Shown: positions 35,809-45,709, numbered from the stretch's first letter. The stretch: DNA of 64,000 nt from an uncultured Candidatus Saccharibacteria bacterium (GCA_964359735.1 CAYHTZ010000001.1:1457-65456); one strand, 5' to 3'. Numbers and translations are program-made. The notes: generated from the letters alone by a model not told the origin.

Positions 35809-36690
35809 CTACGGATTCTCTTCAACAATCTCCAGCAAATACTCGCCGTACCCACTTTTGATAAGATCTTGAGCTAGCTGTTTTAATTGGCCTTTGCCAA
35901 TGTACCCCATCCGGTAGGCAACCTCTTCTAGGCAACCAATCTTGAGCCCCTGTCGCTCTTCAATGATCTGCACGAAATTAGCGGCCTGTAGGAGAGATCG
36001 ATGCGTTCCTGTATCCAACCAGGCCGTCCCGCGGCTCAAGACTGAGACGCGCAGTTTTCCTTCTGATAAATAGCGATTGTTAACATCGGTGATTTCCAGT
36101 TCCCCGCGGTCAGAAGGGCTGAGACCCTTGGCAATACCTACTACCTCGTTATCAAAGAAATACACCCCCGGTACCGCAAAATGGGATTTAGGCTGTTTCG
36201 GTTTCTCTTCAATCGAGACCGCCTTGCCGTCCTCATCGAATTCAACTACGCCGTATCGCCCTGGGTCGACGACGTGGTAGGCGAAAATCATTCCGCCGCC
36301 TTCATCCTCAACCTGCGCGCGGGCAGATTGCACCGTCGTACTTAACTCATTCCCATAAAAAATATTATCGCCTAAAATGAGCGCCACACCATCTTTACCT
36401 ACAAATTTCTGGCCGATAATGAAGGCTTGCGCCAAGCCTTCCGGCTTGGGCTGGGAAGCATACTGGAATTTCATACCTAACCGCGAGCCGTCGCCTAAGA
36501 GTTTTTCGTACTGAGGCAAGTCATACGGAGTGGAAATAATCAAAATTTCACTAATGCCTGCCAGCATGAGCGTGCTAATGGGGTAGTACACCATCGGCTT
36601 GTCATAAACAGGCATGAGCTGTTTACTCACCGGGATGGTCAGCGGGTACAGCCGCGTTCCCGATCCCCCGGCCAGAACAATTCCTTTCAT
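35809..36690 (-). CDS. rmlA: Glucose-1-phosphate thymidylyltransferase
   Basis: [18 protein letters not shown]...[16 protein letters not shown]. Confidence 0.85.
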   Translation of the reverse strand: MKGIVLAGGSGTRLYPLTIPVSKQLMPVYDKPMVYYPISTLMLAGISEILIISTPYDLPQYEKLLGDGSRLGMKFQYASQPKPEGLAQAFIIGQKFVGKDGVALILGDNIFYGNELSTTVQSARAQVEDEGGGMIFAYHVVDPGRYGVVEFDEDGKAVSIEEKPKQPKSHFAVPGVYFFDNEVVGIAKGLSPSDRGELEITDVNNRYLSEGKLRVSVLSRGTAWLDTGTHRSLLQAANFVQIIEERQGLKIGCLEEVAYRMGYIGKGQLKQLAQDLIKSGYGEYLLEIVEENP

Positions 36691-36699
36691 AGGCTCATA

Positions 36700-37710
36700 T
36701 TATTCTCCCAGACTCTTTTTGGGAATGAGATAATTCTGCACATAATCAGCAATGGCATCCTCCAGCTCCGTCATCTCTTCTCCATAGCCAGTGGCTCTGA
36801 GTTTAGAAATATCCGCCTGGGTAAAATTCTGGTACTGGTTTTTCAAGTTGGCCGGCATATCCACGTAGCGAATGTTCGGCATTTTCCCCACCGCGAAAAA
36901 CATCGCCCTCGCCACGTCGTTCCAACTCCTGGCTTTGCCAGTACCAACATTGTATATACCCGCGGCCTCGCGGTGATCCAGTAACCACAAAGTAGCAGCT
37001 AGTACATCTTTAATGTAAATGAAGTCTCGCTTCTGCTCGCCATCACCGAAGTCGGGGTGGTTCGACTTAAAGAGCTCAACCACTCCCTCCTGCTGCATCT
37101 GGTGAAACTTCTTAAACGGCACGCTAGCCATTTCTCCCTTGTGGTACTCATTAGGTCCAAACACATTAAAGTAGCGCACCCCCGCCACTCCGCCAGTTGG
37201 CGGATTGAGGTAGCCCCCGTCCCGCGCCCAAATATCTACCAGCAACTTGGATTTCCCATACAGGTTGAGCGGCACCAGTTCCCCAAAGAGAGCATGGTCA
37301 TCGCTGTATCCCCGCGCGCCATCGCCGTAGGTTGCCCCGCTTGAGGCATATACGCAGCGCGCCCCGCGGTCTGAACACCAGCGGATAATATCCTTAGAAT
37401 ACTCAACGTTATTATCCAACAAGTATTCCCAGTCCGTTTCCGTTGTACTGCTACATGCCCCCATGTGCAGTATGGCTTCGATGCCTGCCCCGCGAAGCCT
37501 CGGTGAAGTGGGGTCGTAATCGCCTGCCCGCAGCCTTTCTCGAAATTCTTTGATTCCAACCAACTCCTCATACTTGAGCGGAGCAATGTTGCACTCCTTC
37601 TCGTCGTGACCAACATCGTCTACCAAGAGAATATTGCTTTCTCCGCGCTCGTTTAAAGCCCATAACAGCGCCGAGCCGATAAAGCCCGCCGCGCCAGTGA
37701 TAACAATCAT
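36700..37710 (-). CDS. hldD: ADP-L-glycero-D-manno-heptose 6-epimerase (HldD/RfaD); carries a family B insertion
   Basis: MIVITGAAGFIGSAL...ILHMGACSSTTE...YASSGATYG aligns along its length with E. coli HldD; ATGA overlap with the upstream gene; track ORF extends to 37803. Confidence 0.75.
   Translation of the reverse strand: MIVITGAAGFIGSALLWALNERGESNILLVDDVGHDEKECNIAPLKYEELVGIKEFRERLRAGDYDPTSPRLRGAGIEAILHMGACSSTTETDWEYLLDNNVEYSKDIIRWCSDRGARCVYASSGATYGDGARGYSDDHALFGELVPLNLYGKSKLLVDIWARDGGYLNPPTGGVAGVRYFNVFGPNEYHKGEMASVPFKKFHQMQQEGVVELFKSNHPDFGDGEQKRDFIYIKDVLAATLWLLDHREAAGIYNVGTGKARSWNDVARAMFFAVGKMPNIRYVDMPANLKNQYQNFTQADISKLRATGYGEEMTELEDAIADYVQNYLIPKKSLGE
37484..37514. repeat. Family B element, copy 5, in-frame in hldD (encodes PTSPRLRGAG)
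   Basis: cctgccccgcgaagcctcggtgaagtgggg. Confidence 0.8.
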
Positions 37711-38219
37711 GTCCGTATCTTGGCGATGAGGCGCGTAGTTGACAAGTGATTGCGTCGCGGAGTGGTGTATCCTTTCGCCCCCACTTCTTGCATGGCGGGC
37801 CACTCAACCCACGTTTCCGGCAGGCCATAATCCGGGCCGTTGATATGCACGTGCGGTTTCACTGCTCGCACGAGCGCCTGCGGCACTCCGCCTCCATACG
37901 GGGCATCAATGACTATCACATAATCCACACACGCGAGCGCTGCTAACATAGCGGCGCGGGCTGCCTCAGGAATATAAGGACGGCTGGTCCCTTTCCCCTG
38001 CTGCACAGATTCATCTGAGTTCAGTCCCACGAATAACACATCGCCTTGGCGCCTCGCCTCTTCGAGCTGGTCAAGATGCCCGGCGTGTAAAAAGTCGAAC
38101 GAACCATTCACCGTCACAATCTTCTTGCCAGCACCCCGCAGCTCCCCAGCAACCTTGGCCGCCTCCTCGAGCGTTTTCATTTTCTCAGTCCGCCAGTTCG
38201 TTGTATCGAATTCAGGCAT
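37707..38219 (-). CDS. hldE: D-glycero-beta-D-manno-heptose 1-phosphate adenylyltransferase (stand-alone HldE domain II)
   Basis: KIVTVNGSFDFLHAGHLDQLEEAR...LFVGLNSDESV matches the E. coli HldE C-terminal domain. Confidence 0.7.
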   Translation of the reverse strand: MPEFDTTNWRTEKMKTLEEAAKVAGELRGAGKKIVTVNGSFDFLHAGHLDQLEEARRQGDVLFVGLNSDESVQQGKGTSRPYIPEAARAAMLAALACVDYVIVIDAPYGGGVPQALVRAVKPHVHINGPDYGLPETWVEWPAMQEVGAKGYTTPRRNHLSTTRLIAKIRT

Positions 38220-39207
38220 GTTTATGGACTACCATATTAAGCAATACCTCTGGGGTGATACCAACCGCTCCCACCCTACTGACTACTATAGCACCTGCCG
38301 CATTCGCGAGCTCAGCGGCTTCCACATCCGTCCCTCCCGCGAGCTTAGATAGTGCAATGGCCACCGCAGCCGTATCGCCAGCGCCGGAGGTGTCGGCTAC
38401 CTCCACTTCATGCTCCTGGCGTACATGGCGGCCTTCCCGATCCTTCCCCAGCACGTAGATGCCCTCTTCCGAGAGAGTGAGGTATATGTCTGATCCGAAT
38501 TTTTTGCGTAACTCCTGTGCCAATTCCTCCTTCGGTCTCCCCCCTTTATCGTACATATCTACTCCTAGATACTCATGCGCTTCTTTGCGATTAGGAGAAA
38601 TAATAGACACACCCACAAAGTATGCCGCCCGCGAAGGCTTTACGTCTGCCATGACCAACACATGTTCCTGTGTTTGCTTGCGCATAACAGCCTCTGCCAC
38701 TTTCGCCGTCACTACCCCCTTGGCGTAGTCAGACACAATAATCGCGTCGATATTTCCTACACTCTCCAGTGCCCGGAGCAATTCTTTTTCAATATCTTCT
38801 GGAATCTCCCGTGCCTCCTCATAATCAACTCTGAGCATTTGCTGGCTGCGTACGATATATCGAATCTTCTCAGTGGTGGGCCGGCTGGCGTCGCGCACCA
38901 GGTTAAGTTCATAGCCTTCCTCGCGAGCCGCTGCCTCCACGCGCCGGGCGATATCGTCATCACCCACCACCCCGATTAGCACCGCCTTAGCCCCTAGGGT
39001 TGCCACGTTCTTAGCTGTGTTGCCGGCCCCCCCCGTGGCGTATTTCTCCTCCTTGGCATGCAAAATTGGCACTGGCGCTTCAGGGTTAAGCCGCTCCACG
39101 TTGCCGAATACATACCGGTCCAACATGACGTCGCCCACCACCAGTACACGTTTGCCCGCGAACTGATCAATTATTTCCTTGGCTCGCTTCGGGTTCAAAG
39201 GATTCAC
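38212..39207 (-). CDS. hldE: D-glycero-beta-D-manno-heptose-7-phosphate kinase (stand-alone HldE domain I, PfkB family)
   Basis: RVLVVGDVMLDRY...PEAPVPIL...DTSGAGDT matches the E. coli HldE N-terminal domain. Confidence 0.7.
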   Translation of the reverse strand: MNPLNPKRAKEIIDQFAGKRVLVVGDVMLDRYVFGNVERLNPEAPVPILHAKEEKYATGGAGNTAKNVATLGAKAVLIGVVGDDDIARRVEAAAREEGYELNLVRDASRPTTEKIRYIVRSQQMLRVDYEEAREIPEDIEKELLRALESVGNIDAIIVSDYAKGVVTAKVAEAVMRKQTQEHVLVMADVKPSRAAYFVGVSIISPNRKEAHEYLGVDMYDKGGRPKEELAQELRKKFGSDIYLTLSEEGIYVLGKDREGRHVRQEHEVEVADTSGAGDTAAVAIALSKLAGGTDVEAAELANAAGAIVVSRVGAVGITPEVLLNMVVHKHA

Positions 39208-39739
39208 AAATTAAGTGTATAGCGTGCAAATGGAGCTCCTGCATGCGGGATGGCGTCTCACTCGGGGAGATAACCGCATAGTCGGCCGTATTCTTGAACG
39301 TGCCGCGCGGCCCGGTAAATGCAATCACTGTCATACCTTGATCGTGCGCAGCTTCAGCAGCCTTCAAAATATTCTTGGAAGTACCTGAAGTCGTGAGCCC
39401 AATAAAAATGTCTCCCTCATTCCCCAGCGCCCGCACCTGCCGAGCGAATACTTCTTCGTACCCGTAATCATTGCCAATACAGGTAATGACAGCGCCATCG
39501 GCCGTAAGCGCTACCACGGGATAGGCCGGCCGGTCCTCCTTGTAGCGGCCCACCATCTCATCAGAAAAATGTAGGGCTTCGGCCGCACTACCGCCATTGC
39601 CAGCCACCAAAACCTTATTCCCATTCCCAAATGCCTCTTTCAGCTGTTGCACCACCATGGCTACTTGTCCATGAAATTCTCCCAGATTACCGAGCACTGC
39701 TTGCAATTCCTGCGAATGTTTTTGGAACACATCTTTCAT
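39167..39739 (-). CDS. gmhA: Phosphoheptose isomerase (SIS domain)
   Basis: KVLVAGNGGSAAEALHFSDEMVGRY...RPAYPVVALT matches E. coli GmhA. Confidence 0.8.
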   Translation of the reverse strand: MKDVFQKHSQELQAVLGNLGEFHGQVAMVVQQLKEAFGNGNKVLVAGNGGSAAEALHFSDEMVGRYKEDRPAYPVVALTADGAVITCIGNDYGYEEVFARQVRALGNEGDIFIGLTTSGTSKNILKAAEAAHDQGMTVIAFTGPRGTFKNTADYAVISPSETPSRMQELHLHAIHLICESFEPEASQGNN

Positions 39740-39754
39740 AGGCGCTAACAGTAC

Positions 39755-40624
39755 CTACATTGTAGCCGAAGTCAAATACTCCTGCAGCGCGTCTTGCCAA
39801 TGGCGCAGCTTCGGTCCGCGCGTGTTCTGAAGAATACTGTATTTCGGCCGCTTAGCCGGTCGTACAAACTTATCCGAGGTGGTCGGCTGTACATCCACCG
39901 AGATTCCCGCCGTCTCAAAAATCTTCTTCGCAAAATCATACCACGTGGTCTCACCAAAGTTCACCGCGTGGTAAATTCCTGGCGGATACTTTTCCCGATT
40001 CTCTAAAACAGCCCGGGTGGCCCCTGCCACATCCTTCGTAAACGTCGGGCTGCCGTGCTGGTCATCAACTACCTGCAACGCAGGTAACCCTGAGCTTGTC
40101 GAAGGGCTGCTTCGCTCTTTGCCCAGCTTCAGCATAGTATCCACAAAGTTTTTACCCCCCGGCCCATAGAGCCAAGCCGTGCGCAGAAGATAAAATCGTC
40201 CACCTACTTCCTTCAGCGCGCGCTCACCCGCCAGTTTGGATTGGCCGTAATAGTTAACCGCCGGCCCCGGCGCGTCGTCCTCGGCATAGCCCGTTTTCTT
40301 ATCGCCCGGGAACACGTAGTCAGTACTATAGTGCACCAATGGAATATCCAACTCTTTGGCCACACTCGCCAAGTAGCGCACCGCGTTTCCGTTTACCGTA
40401 AGACAAACCTCTTGGTTCGCTGAATCCTCTGCGCCATCGACATTGGTGTAGGCAGCCGCATTTACAACTACATTAGGGCGAAGTTCGATGACTTTCTGCC
40501 GCACTTCCGCTTCGTTGGTAATGTTGAGCTCTTCCTTATCCCATGGCGCAACGTCCCAGTCGTTCAACACTTTTTGCAGCATGCCCCCAAGCATACCCTT
40601 GGCACCTAAGATCAACACCTTCAT
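39755..40624 (-). CDS. rmlD: dTDP-4-dehydrorhamnose reductase
   Basis: MKVLILGAKGMLG...VVVNAAAYTNVDGAED. Confidence 0.8.
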   Translation of the reverse strand: MKVLILGAKGMLGGMLQKVLNDWDVAPWDKEELNITNEAEVRQKVIELRPNVVVNAAAYTNVDGAEDSANQEVCLTVNGNAVRYLASVAKELDIPLVHYSTDYVFPGDKKTGYAEDDAPGPAVNYYGQSKLAGERALKEVGGRFYLLRTAWLYGPGGKNFVDTMLKLGKERSSPSTSSGLPALQVVDDQHGSPTFTKDVAGATRAVLENREKYPPGIYHAVNFGETTWYDFAKKIFETAGISVDVQPTTSDKFVRPAKRPKYSILQNTRGPKLRHWQDALQEYLTSATM

Positions 40625-40676
40625 ATAACGAAATTATTATATCAGACTCTTCAGTCAGTTTTGCACCTACCAATCA

Positions 40677-40706
40677 ATGTTACAATTAATCGATATATTG
40701 TAACAT
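40677..40706. promoter_or_regulatory. AT-rich palindromic operator-like site immediately upstream of the TrpR/YerC-like gene
   Basis: atgttacaat-taatcgatat-attgtaacat: 10-bp inverted arms; shares the 17-mer tacaattaatcgatata with the site at 41201. Confidence 0.5.
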
Positions 40707-40712
40707 AAGCCT

Positions 40713-41189
40713 ATGGGAAAAGTGGATTACACAACTGTGCCAACTCCAGAACGGCAGACGATGATTCGAGAGCTCGCCAAGTTTCTTCTCTCAGTCAAGG
40801 ATGAGAAAGACATGATCCAAGTACTGTACCGTCTTCTCACCCACAGTGAAGTTGTTATGCTCGGCCGCCGCTTGCAAATCGCGGAGGAGCTTCTGCAAGG
40901 AAGTCCCTATCACACGATCCGCGAAAAACTCAAAGTCGGCATTACGACCATTAAGTCGATCGACAACTGGCTCGAATACGCCGTTCGCGACTACGACATG
41001 TATCGAAGCAAAAAACACCATGAGGAAACAACTCGAGAAGCGCGGGAACGATCCCGACAGCGCCTTGAACCTGGTATGCCGGGGTCCTTTACACACCTTC
41101 GCCGCAGTCATCCTGGCCACTTTCTACTTCTCAATCTTCTCCTTGACCTCCCTTCGAAAAATCCTAAACCAAGCAAAGCGAAATCATGA
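40713..41189 (+). CDS. TrpR/YerC/YecD-family DNA-binding protein (paralog 1)
   Basis: LTHSEVVMLGRRLQIAEELLQGSPYHTIREKLKVGITTIKSIDNWL helix-turn-helix region typical of the family; paralogous to 49459..49890. Confidence 0.6.
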   Translation: MGKVDYTTVPTPERQTMIRELAKFLLSVKDEKDMIQVLYRLLTHSEVVMLGRRLQIAEELLQGSPYHTIREKLKVGITTIKSIDNWLEYAVRDYDMYRSKKHHEETTREARERSRQRLEPGMPGSFTHLRRSHPGHFLLLNLLLDLPSKNPKPSKAKS

Positions 41190-41202
41190 TCTGGTGTACA
41201 TA

Positions 41203-41228
41203 CAATTAATCGATATATCGATTAATTG
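41203..41228. promoter_or_regulatory. Perfect 26-bp palindrome downstream of the TrpR-like gene
   Basis: caattaatcgatatatcgattaattg; inverted CGATAT half-sites. Confidence 0.5.
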
Positions 41229-41246
41229 ATACAGGAACCAAACTCC

Positions 41247-41618
41247 CTATTCTGCTTTGACGCGGACAAAGAAGTACTCGCTCGTCTCGTTACCAGTCGC
41301 CTCAATTTTGTGTCGGCCACCTGCAGGAATTGTTACGACATCTCCTTTCCGGTAATCCACTACCTCAGCCTCAAAGTAAAATTTGCCCTCCCCACGCAGC
41401 ACAACAAAGAACTCATCTACAGTGTCGTGAGAGTGCCAGTCAAATACTGAGCCTGATTCCAGATATCCCTTCGTCATGGCCTCAACATGCGAGCCTACTA
41501 GCATATCTGATGTGATCAGGACTTGCCTCGAACCTGATCCCCCATGCGCTTGTTCAATTGGAATATCGCCAAGGTTTCGCTTGGTAAATCGCTTCGTCAT
41601 TTCAGAAGCGCATTCCAA
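41247..41618 (-). CDS. Cupin-domain protein
   Basis: VFDWHSHDTVDEFFVVLRGEGKFYFE...VVTIPAGGRHKIEA. Confidence 0.55.
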   Translation of the reverse strand: MECASEMTKRFTKRNLGDIPIEQAHGGSGSRQVLITSDMLVGSHVEAMTKGYLESGSVFDWHSHDTVDEFFVVLRGEGKFYFEAEVVDYRKGDVVTIPAGGRHKIEATGNETSEYFFVRVKAE

Positions 41619-42463
41619 TCGTCCGAGAATCGCTTCAAACCCACGTCGGTCAGCTCGTGATGCAAGTTATACTCGCGCCACGGTTTCCCCAGCTCAATCT
41701 CCTCATAAGAGATATCTTTACCTTCAAATACATAAGTAAAATTTTCATCAGGTAGCGGAAACCCAGCATCTGCCCATAGCTGAAATCGCTCGTAGTTAAT
41801 TGTTAAAATATCAGCCCCCGCTTGGATGATCGCCAAAATATTCTCTACCCGCCGAAAACTCGCTGCCAATACTTTCACATGACCATCACCCTGCTTCAAC
41901 ATGCGTACTACATTACTCACAAATTGCACACCGTTCTCTCCCCGGTCATCTAACCTGCCCACAAAGGGAGAGATCACAACGGGCTCTTTTGCCCCCGCTG
42001 TGGCGGAATATACTGCAGCGGCCTGCTGCTGCGAAAAGCAAAGTGTCATATTAAGCCGAAGTTCGTTCTTCAACGTTTCCGCTGCTATTAGCCCCTGCTT
42101 GACCGTTGGCAATTTAATCCTGGCTGTTGGTATCCAGGTATACATTTCCCGAGCTTGGCGAATCATCTCTTCCGCCAATGTGGTTGCATCAGCATACACC
42201 TCTACCGAAATATCACCTCCGGGAATAATCTCCAGCAGCTTTTCTACGGCCTCACGATAGGCCCCGAGCAACTCCTCACGGGTGTACTTTTTCCCTTCTT
42301 TGATACGTGTCTGAACTTCAGGATTCTTGGCAAAATAGGAAGGATTAGTGGTAGCACCGTCTAAACCACCATATCCCGCACCCTGCACCATACCCTGAAC
42401 CTTCTCCGCCTCGCCGGGGTCCCCGGTATCAACAAAGAGACTTGCTTGTGTAAGTCGCTTCAT
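41597..42463 (-). CDS. tal: Transaldolase (short subfamily)
   Basis: GLDGATTNPSYFAK motif; 288 aa. Confidence 0.75.
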   Translation of the reverse strand: MKRLTQASLFVDTGDPGEAEKVQGMVQGAGYGGLDGATTNPSYFAKNPEVQTRIKEGKKYTREELLGAYREAVEKLLEIIPGGDISVEVYADATTLAEEMIRQAREMYTWIPTARIKLPTVKQGLIAAETLKNELRLNMTLCFSQQQAAAVYSATAGAKEPVVISPFVGRLDDRGENGVQFVSNVVRMLKQGDGHVKVLAASFRRVENILAIIQAGADILTINYERFQLWADAGFPLPDENFTYVFEGKDISYEEIELGKPWREYNLHHELTDVGLKRFSDDWNALLK

Positions 42464-43386
42464 TTCAAGAATGATTTAGTCGTCTGATAGATTCCCTCGG
42501 CATCAATCCCGAGTTTACCGATCAGATCAGCATATTTCCCAGATTCTCCGAATTGTGTCACACCAATGCGCTTCAAGCGCGTCGGCTGATACTCTGAGAG
42601 AACCTCTGCCACGGCAGAGCCTAAGCCCCCGTTAATATTGTGGTCCTCGACTGTTACCACCTTCCCAGTTTTCTTCGCCGAGGCGGCCACAGTTTTCGCA
42701 TCGATTGGCTGAAGGGTATGAACATTCACCACTTCGGCATCGATCCCCCCACCCTTCAGCTTCTCCGCAGCCTCCAACGCAAAAGCTACTTGCGGCCCGG
42801 TGCCTATAATTGTCACATCTTTCCCGGGGCGCACCACCTTGGCTTTGCCGATGGCAAATTTCTCTTGAGGTTTCGTAAAGAGAGACGTCGGTTCGCGGTA
42901 GAGTCGCAGATACACCGGCCCTTTGGCGGCCACTACAGCTTTCAGTGCCTGCTTCATTTCATTCGCGTCTGCCGGAAATATCACTGTCATATTGGGAAGG
43001 GCCCGCATATATGCGAGGTCTTCCAGAGCATGGGCGCTGCCGCCATCAAGCGCATTCGAAACTCCTCCGTGGGAGCCCACCATCACCGCGTGGACATTAT
43101 TCTGGCAGATTTGCATGCGGATATGGTCGAATGCCCGCGTCATAAAGATTCCAAATGTCCCCGCCACCGGTATATAACCAGCCAGAGCCAATCCAGCGGA
43201 AACTCCGGCCATGTTCGCCTCAGCCACACCGGTATCAATGAACCGCTCGGGCATTTCCTCCCGAATTTTCAGCATGCGTAGGCTCTCGCCCAAATCGGCT
43301 GTGAGCGCCACAACCTTCTCATTCTTTTCCATGATTTCGTATAACCCATCCCCGAATGCCTGCCGTGTTGCCACCAGTTCTTTCAT
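42460..43386 (-). CDS. Transketolase, C-terminal subunit
   Basis: Pyrimidine-binding and C-terminal domains; GVAEANMAGVSAGLALAGYIPVAGTF. Confidence 0.8.
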   Translation of the reverse strand: MKELVATRQAFGDGLYEIMEKNEKVVALTADLGESLRMLKIREEMPERFIDTGVAEANMAGVSAGLALAGYIPVAGTFGIFMTRAFDHIRMQICQNNVHAVMVGSHGGVSNALDGGSAHALEDLAYMRALPNMTVIFPADANEMKQALKAVVAAKGPVYLRLYREPTSLFTKPQEKFAIGKAKVVRPGKDVTIIGTGPQVAFALEAAEKLKGGGIDAEVVNVHTLQPIDAKTVAASAKKTGKVVTVEDHNINGGLGSAVAEVLSEYQPTRLKRIGVTQFGESGKYADLIGKLGIDAEGIYQTTKSFLK

Positions 43387-44207
43387 GCAAGTTCCTTCTT
43401 AGCAATTTCATATTGTTCAGCCGATATCGCCCCCGCGTGCCAGTGGTCGCTGCCTTCCATGTAAGAAACCCCTTTGCCGCGCACCGTGTGCGAGATTAAG
43501 ACCGTCGGCCCTTCCATTCCTTTTGCATCTTGAAACGCGCGCAGCACCGCCTCGATATCATGGCCATCCACTTCAATCACATTCCAGTTAAAAGCCTGGT
43601 ACTTATCTGGGAGAGGATCAAGCGTAGGCATGACGTCCTCCGTGGCCCCATCGATCTGAAACTTGTTTTTGTCGACAATCGCCACTAAATTATTCAGCCC
43701 AAGCTTTGGGGCCAGCATGACTGCTTCCCAGGTTGAGCCTTCCTGCTGCTCGCCATCGCTCATCATAACGTAGATGCGATTGCCTTTCTTCTGCAGCCTA
43801 TGCGCATACGCGAGCCCGATGCCCACCGAAAGGCCTTGCCCCAGGCTGCCCGATGAGATCTCAATCCCTGGTAAGCTCCCTCGGTGAGGGTGGCCTTGCA
43901 CGCGAGCGCCCAGCTGCCTCAAGTTCTTCAATTCTTTCTTGGGAAAGTACCCCGACTCTGCTAAAACTACATACAATCCCGGGCACGCGTGGCCATTACT
44001 CAGTAAGAAGTAATCCCGCGCAGGGTCCTGGGGCTTCTTCGGGTCATGGCGCAGAACTCCGCCAAAGTAGAGTGCCACTAATACCTCCATGATCGACAGG
44101 GCGCTCCCCGGATGCCCCGACTGCGCTGCATATAACATTCCAATCGCATCCCACTTGAGTTTTCGTACCAACGGTGCCAGCTCGTCAACTTTCATCATAG
44201 GCATCAT
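43383..44207 (-). CDS. Transketolase, N-terminal subunit (TPP-binding)
   Basis: AQSGHPGSALSIMEVLVALYF...MMSDGEQQEGSTWEA; 4-nt overlap with the C-terminal subunit gene. Confidence 0.8.
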   Translation of the reverse strand: MMPMMKVDELAPLVRKLKWDAIGMLYAAQSGHPGSALSIMEVLVALYFGGVLRHDPKKPQDPARDYFLLSNGHACPGLYVVLAESGYFPKKELKNLRQLGARVQGHPHRGSLPGIEISSGSLGQGLSVGIGLAYAHRLQKKGNRIYVMMSDGEQQEGSTWEAVMLAPKLGLNNLVAIVDKNKFQIDGATEDVMPTLDPLPDKYQAFNWNVIEVDGHDIEAVLRAFQDAKGMEGPTVLISHTVRGKGVSYMEGSDHWHAGAISAEQYEIAKKELA

Positions 44208-44210
44208 ACG

Positions 44211-45158
44211 TTAGGGCTGCGTCTTCATCCAGTCCATTAAACGTTGTGCACCTTCGGCCAGGGAAACCTTCGGGTTATAGCCCAGCATCTCCCGCGCCTT
44301 ATCAATGTTGGCATAGGTAATCGTCAGTTCCCCCTCTGGCGCCTCGCGCGCCTCAATGCGCGGAGTTTTATGGGCGGCGCGGGAGAGCGCCGCCACCAAC
44401 TCGTGCAGCGACTGCGGCTCTCCTCTACCAATATTGAAAATTTCAAACGCAAATTGACGCTGCGTTGCGGCCATCACCCCGGCCACTACATCATCGATAT
44501 ACGTAAGATCGCGCTTCCTTCCCTCAGTAACATAGAGCGGCTCATCGTTCAGAATTTGCCGGGCGAAAACCGCGGGCGCCATATCCGGCCTGCCCCACGG
44601 GCCGTACACGCTGAAGAAACGCAGCACCGTCATCGGCAAACCGTGCAGCTCATGCCACATAGCGCAAAACGCCTCCGCCGATGCCTTAGACGCTCCATAC
44701 GGAGAGCGAGGCAGGAGCGGCCACATATCTTCTTTAAACGGCGTTTGCTCGTCGTTATACACGCTCGAACTCCCCGCAAAAATGAAGCGGGGAATTTCAT
44801 GCACGGAAGCTGCCTCCAGCACATTTACCGTACCCAAGACGTTAACCAGCGTATATTCTTGCGCGCTTTCAAGACTGCGCGCCGGATTGGCGAGAGCGGC
44901 AAAATGCAGCACGGTGTCGAACTTTTCCTCCGTAAACACCGTATTCAGAAGCTGGGAGTCTAAGACATTACCAACGACGAGGCGCGGTCGCTCTGATTGC
45001 TGGGGAAAGAGGTGGCTGAGCCGCACTTCCTTGAGCTCCGCCGGATACAAGAAGCTATTCATGTCGTCGTACAGCACAACCGTATCTCCCCGGTCTACCA
45101 AGGCGCGCGAGACAAATGCCCCAATAAACCCCGCCCCGCCTGTGATGAGCACCTTCAT
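44211..45158 (-). CDS. NAD-dependent NDP-sugar epimerase (UDP-glucuronate 4-epimerase-like)
   Basis: ITGGAGFIGAFV...YGASKASAE...RFFSVYGPWGRPDMA. Confidence 0.7.
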   Translation of the reverse strand: MKVLITGGAGFIGAFVSRALVDRGDTVVLYDDMNSFLYPAELKEVRLSHLFPQQSERPRLVVGNVLDSQLLNTVFTEEKFDTVLHFAALANPARSLESAQEYTLVNVLGTVNVLEAASVHEIPRFIFAGSSSVYNDEQTPFKEDMWPLLPRSPYGASKASAEAFCAMWHELHGLPMTVLRFFSVYGPWGRPDMAPAVFARQILNDEPLYVTEGRKRDLTYIDDVVAGVMAATQRQFAFEIFNIGRGEPQSLHELVAALSRAAHKTPRIEAREAPEGELTITYANIDKAREMLGYNPKVSLAEGAQRLMDWMKTQP

Positions 45159-45709
45159 ACAGTGAAATTACTTTCGGCGCTCGCAAGCCCCGGGTACACC
45201 TGGTCTTTGCCGGATAGTACGGGAGTAGATGTCGGCCAAGGGATACCGAGCGCGGGATCATTCCAGATAATTCCACGCTCACGTTCAGGAGAGTACACGT
45301 CGGTCACATAGTACATAACCTCGGCTGTCTCCGACGTCACACAAAAACCGTGGGCAAACCCCTCTGGCACGTAAACCAGGTTTTTCTTCGCGGACGACAG
45401 CTGCAGACTCACCCATCTCCCGAAAGTGGGGGAACCTTTGCGGATATCCACGGCTACATCAAAAACTTCCCCTGAGATAGCCGTGAGTAACTTCCCTTGG
45501 GCTTTCGGGTTGAGCTGGTAATGCAAACCTCGGAGAACGTTCCGGGAACTCCGGGAATAATTAAACTGCACGAATTGGACCTCTATACCCGCCTCAACAA
45601 AATCCTTTTCCTTATACATCTCCGCAAAGCCGCCGCGCTCATCCCCAAATACCTGTGGAATTACCTCAACTACGTCCGGAATTTCAAGCGGCCGAAATTG
45701 AAAAGCCAT
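45155..45709 (-). CDS. rmlC: dTDP-4-dehydrorhamnose 3,5-epimerase
   Basis: RGGFAEMYK...LRGLHYQ...KLLTAISGEVFDVAVDIRKGSPTFG...VPEGFAHGF. Confidence 0.8.
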   Translation of the reverse strand: MAFQFRPLEIPDVVEVIPQVFGDERGGFAEMYKEKDFVEAGIEVQFVQFNYSRSSRNVLRGLHYQLNPKAQGKLLTAISGEVFDVAVDIRKGSPTFGRWVSLQLSSAKKNLVYVPEGFAHGFCVTSETAEVMYYVTDVYSPERERGIIWNDPALGIPWPTSTPVLSGKDQVYPGLASAESNFTV

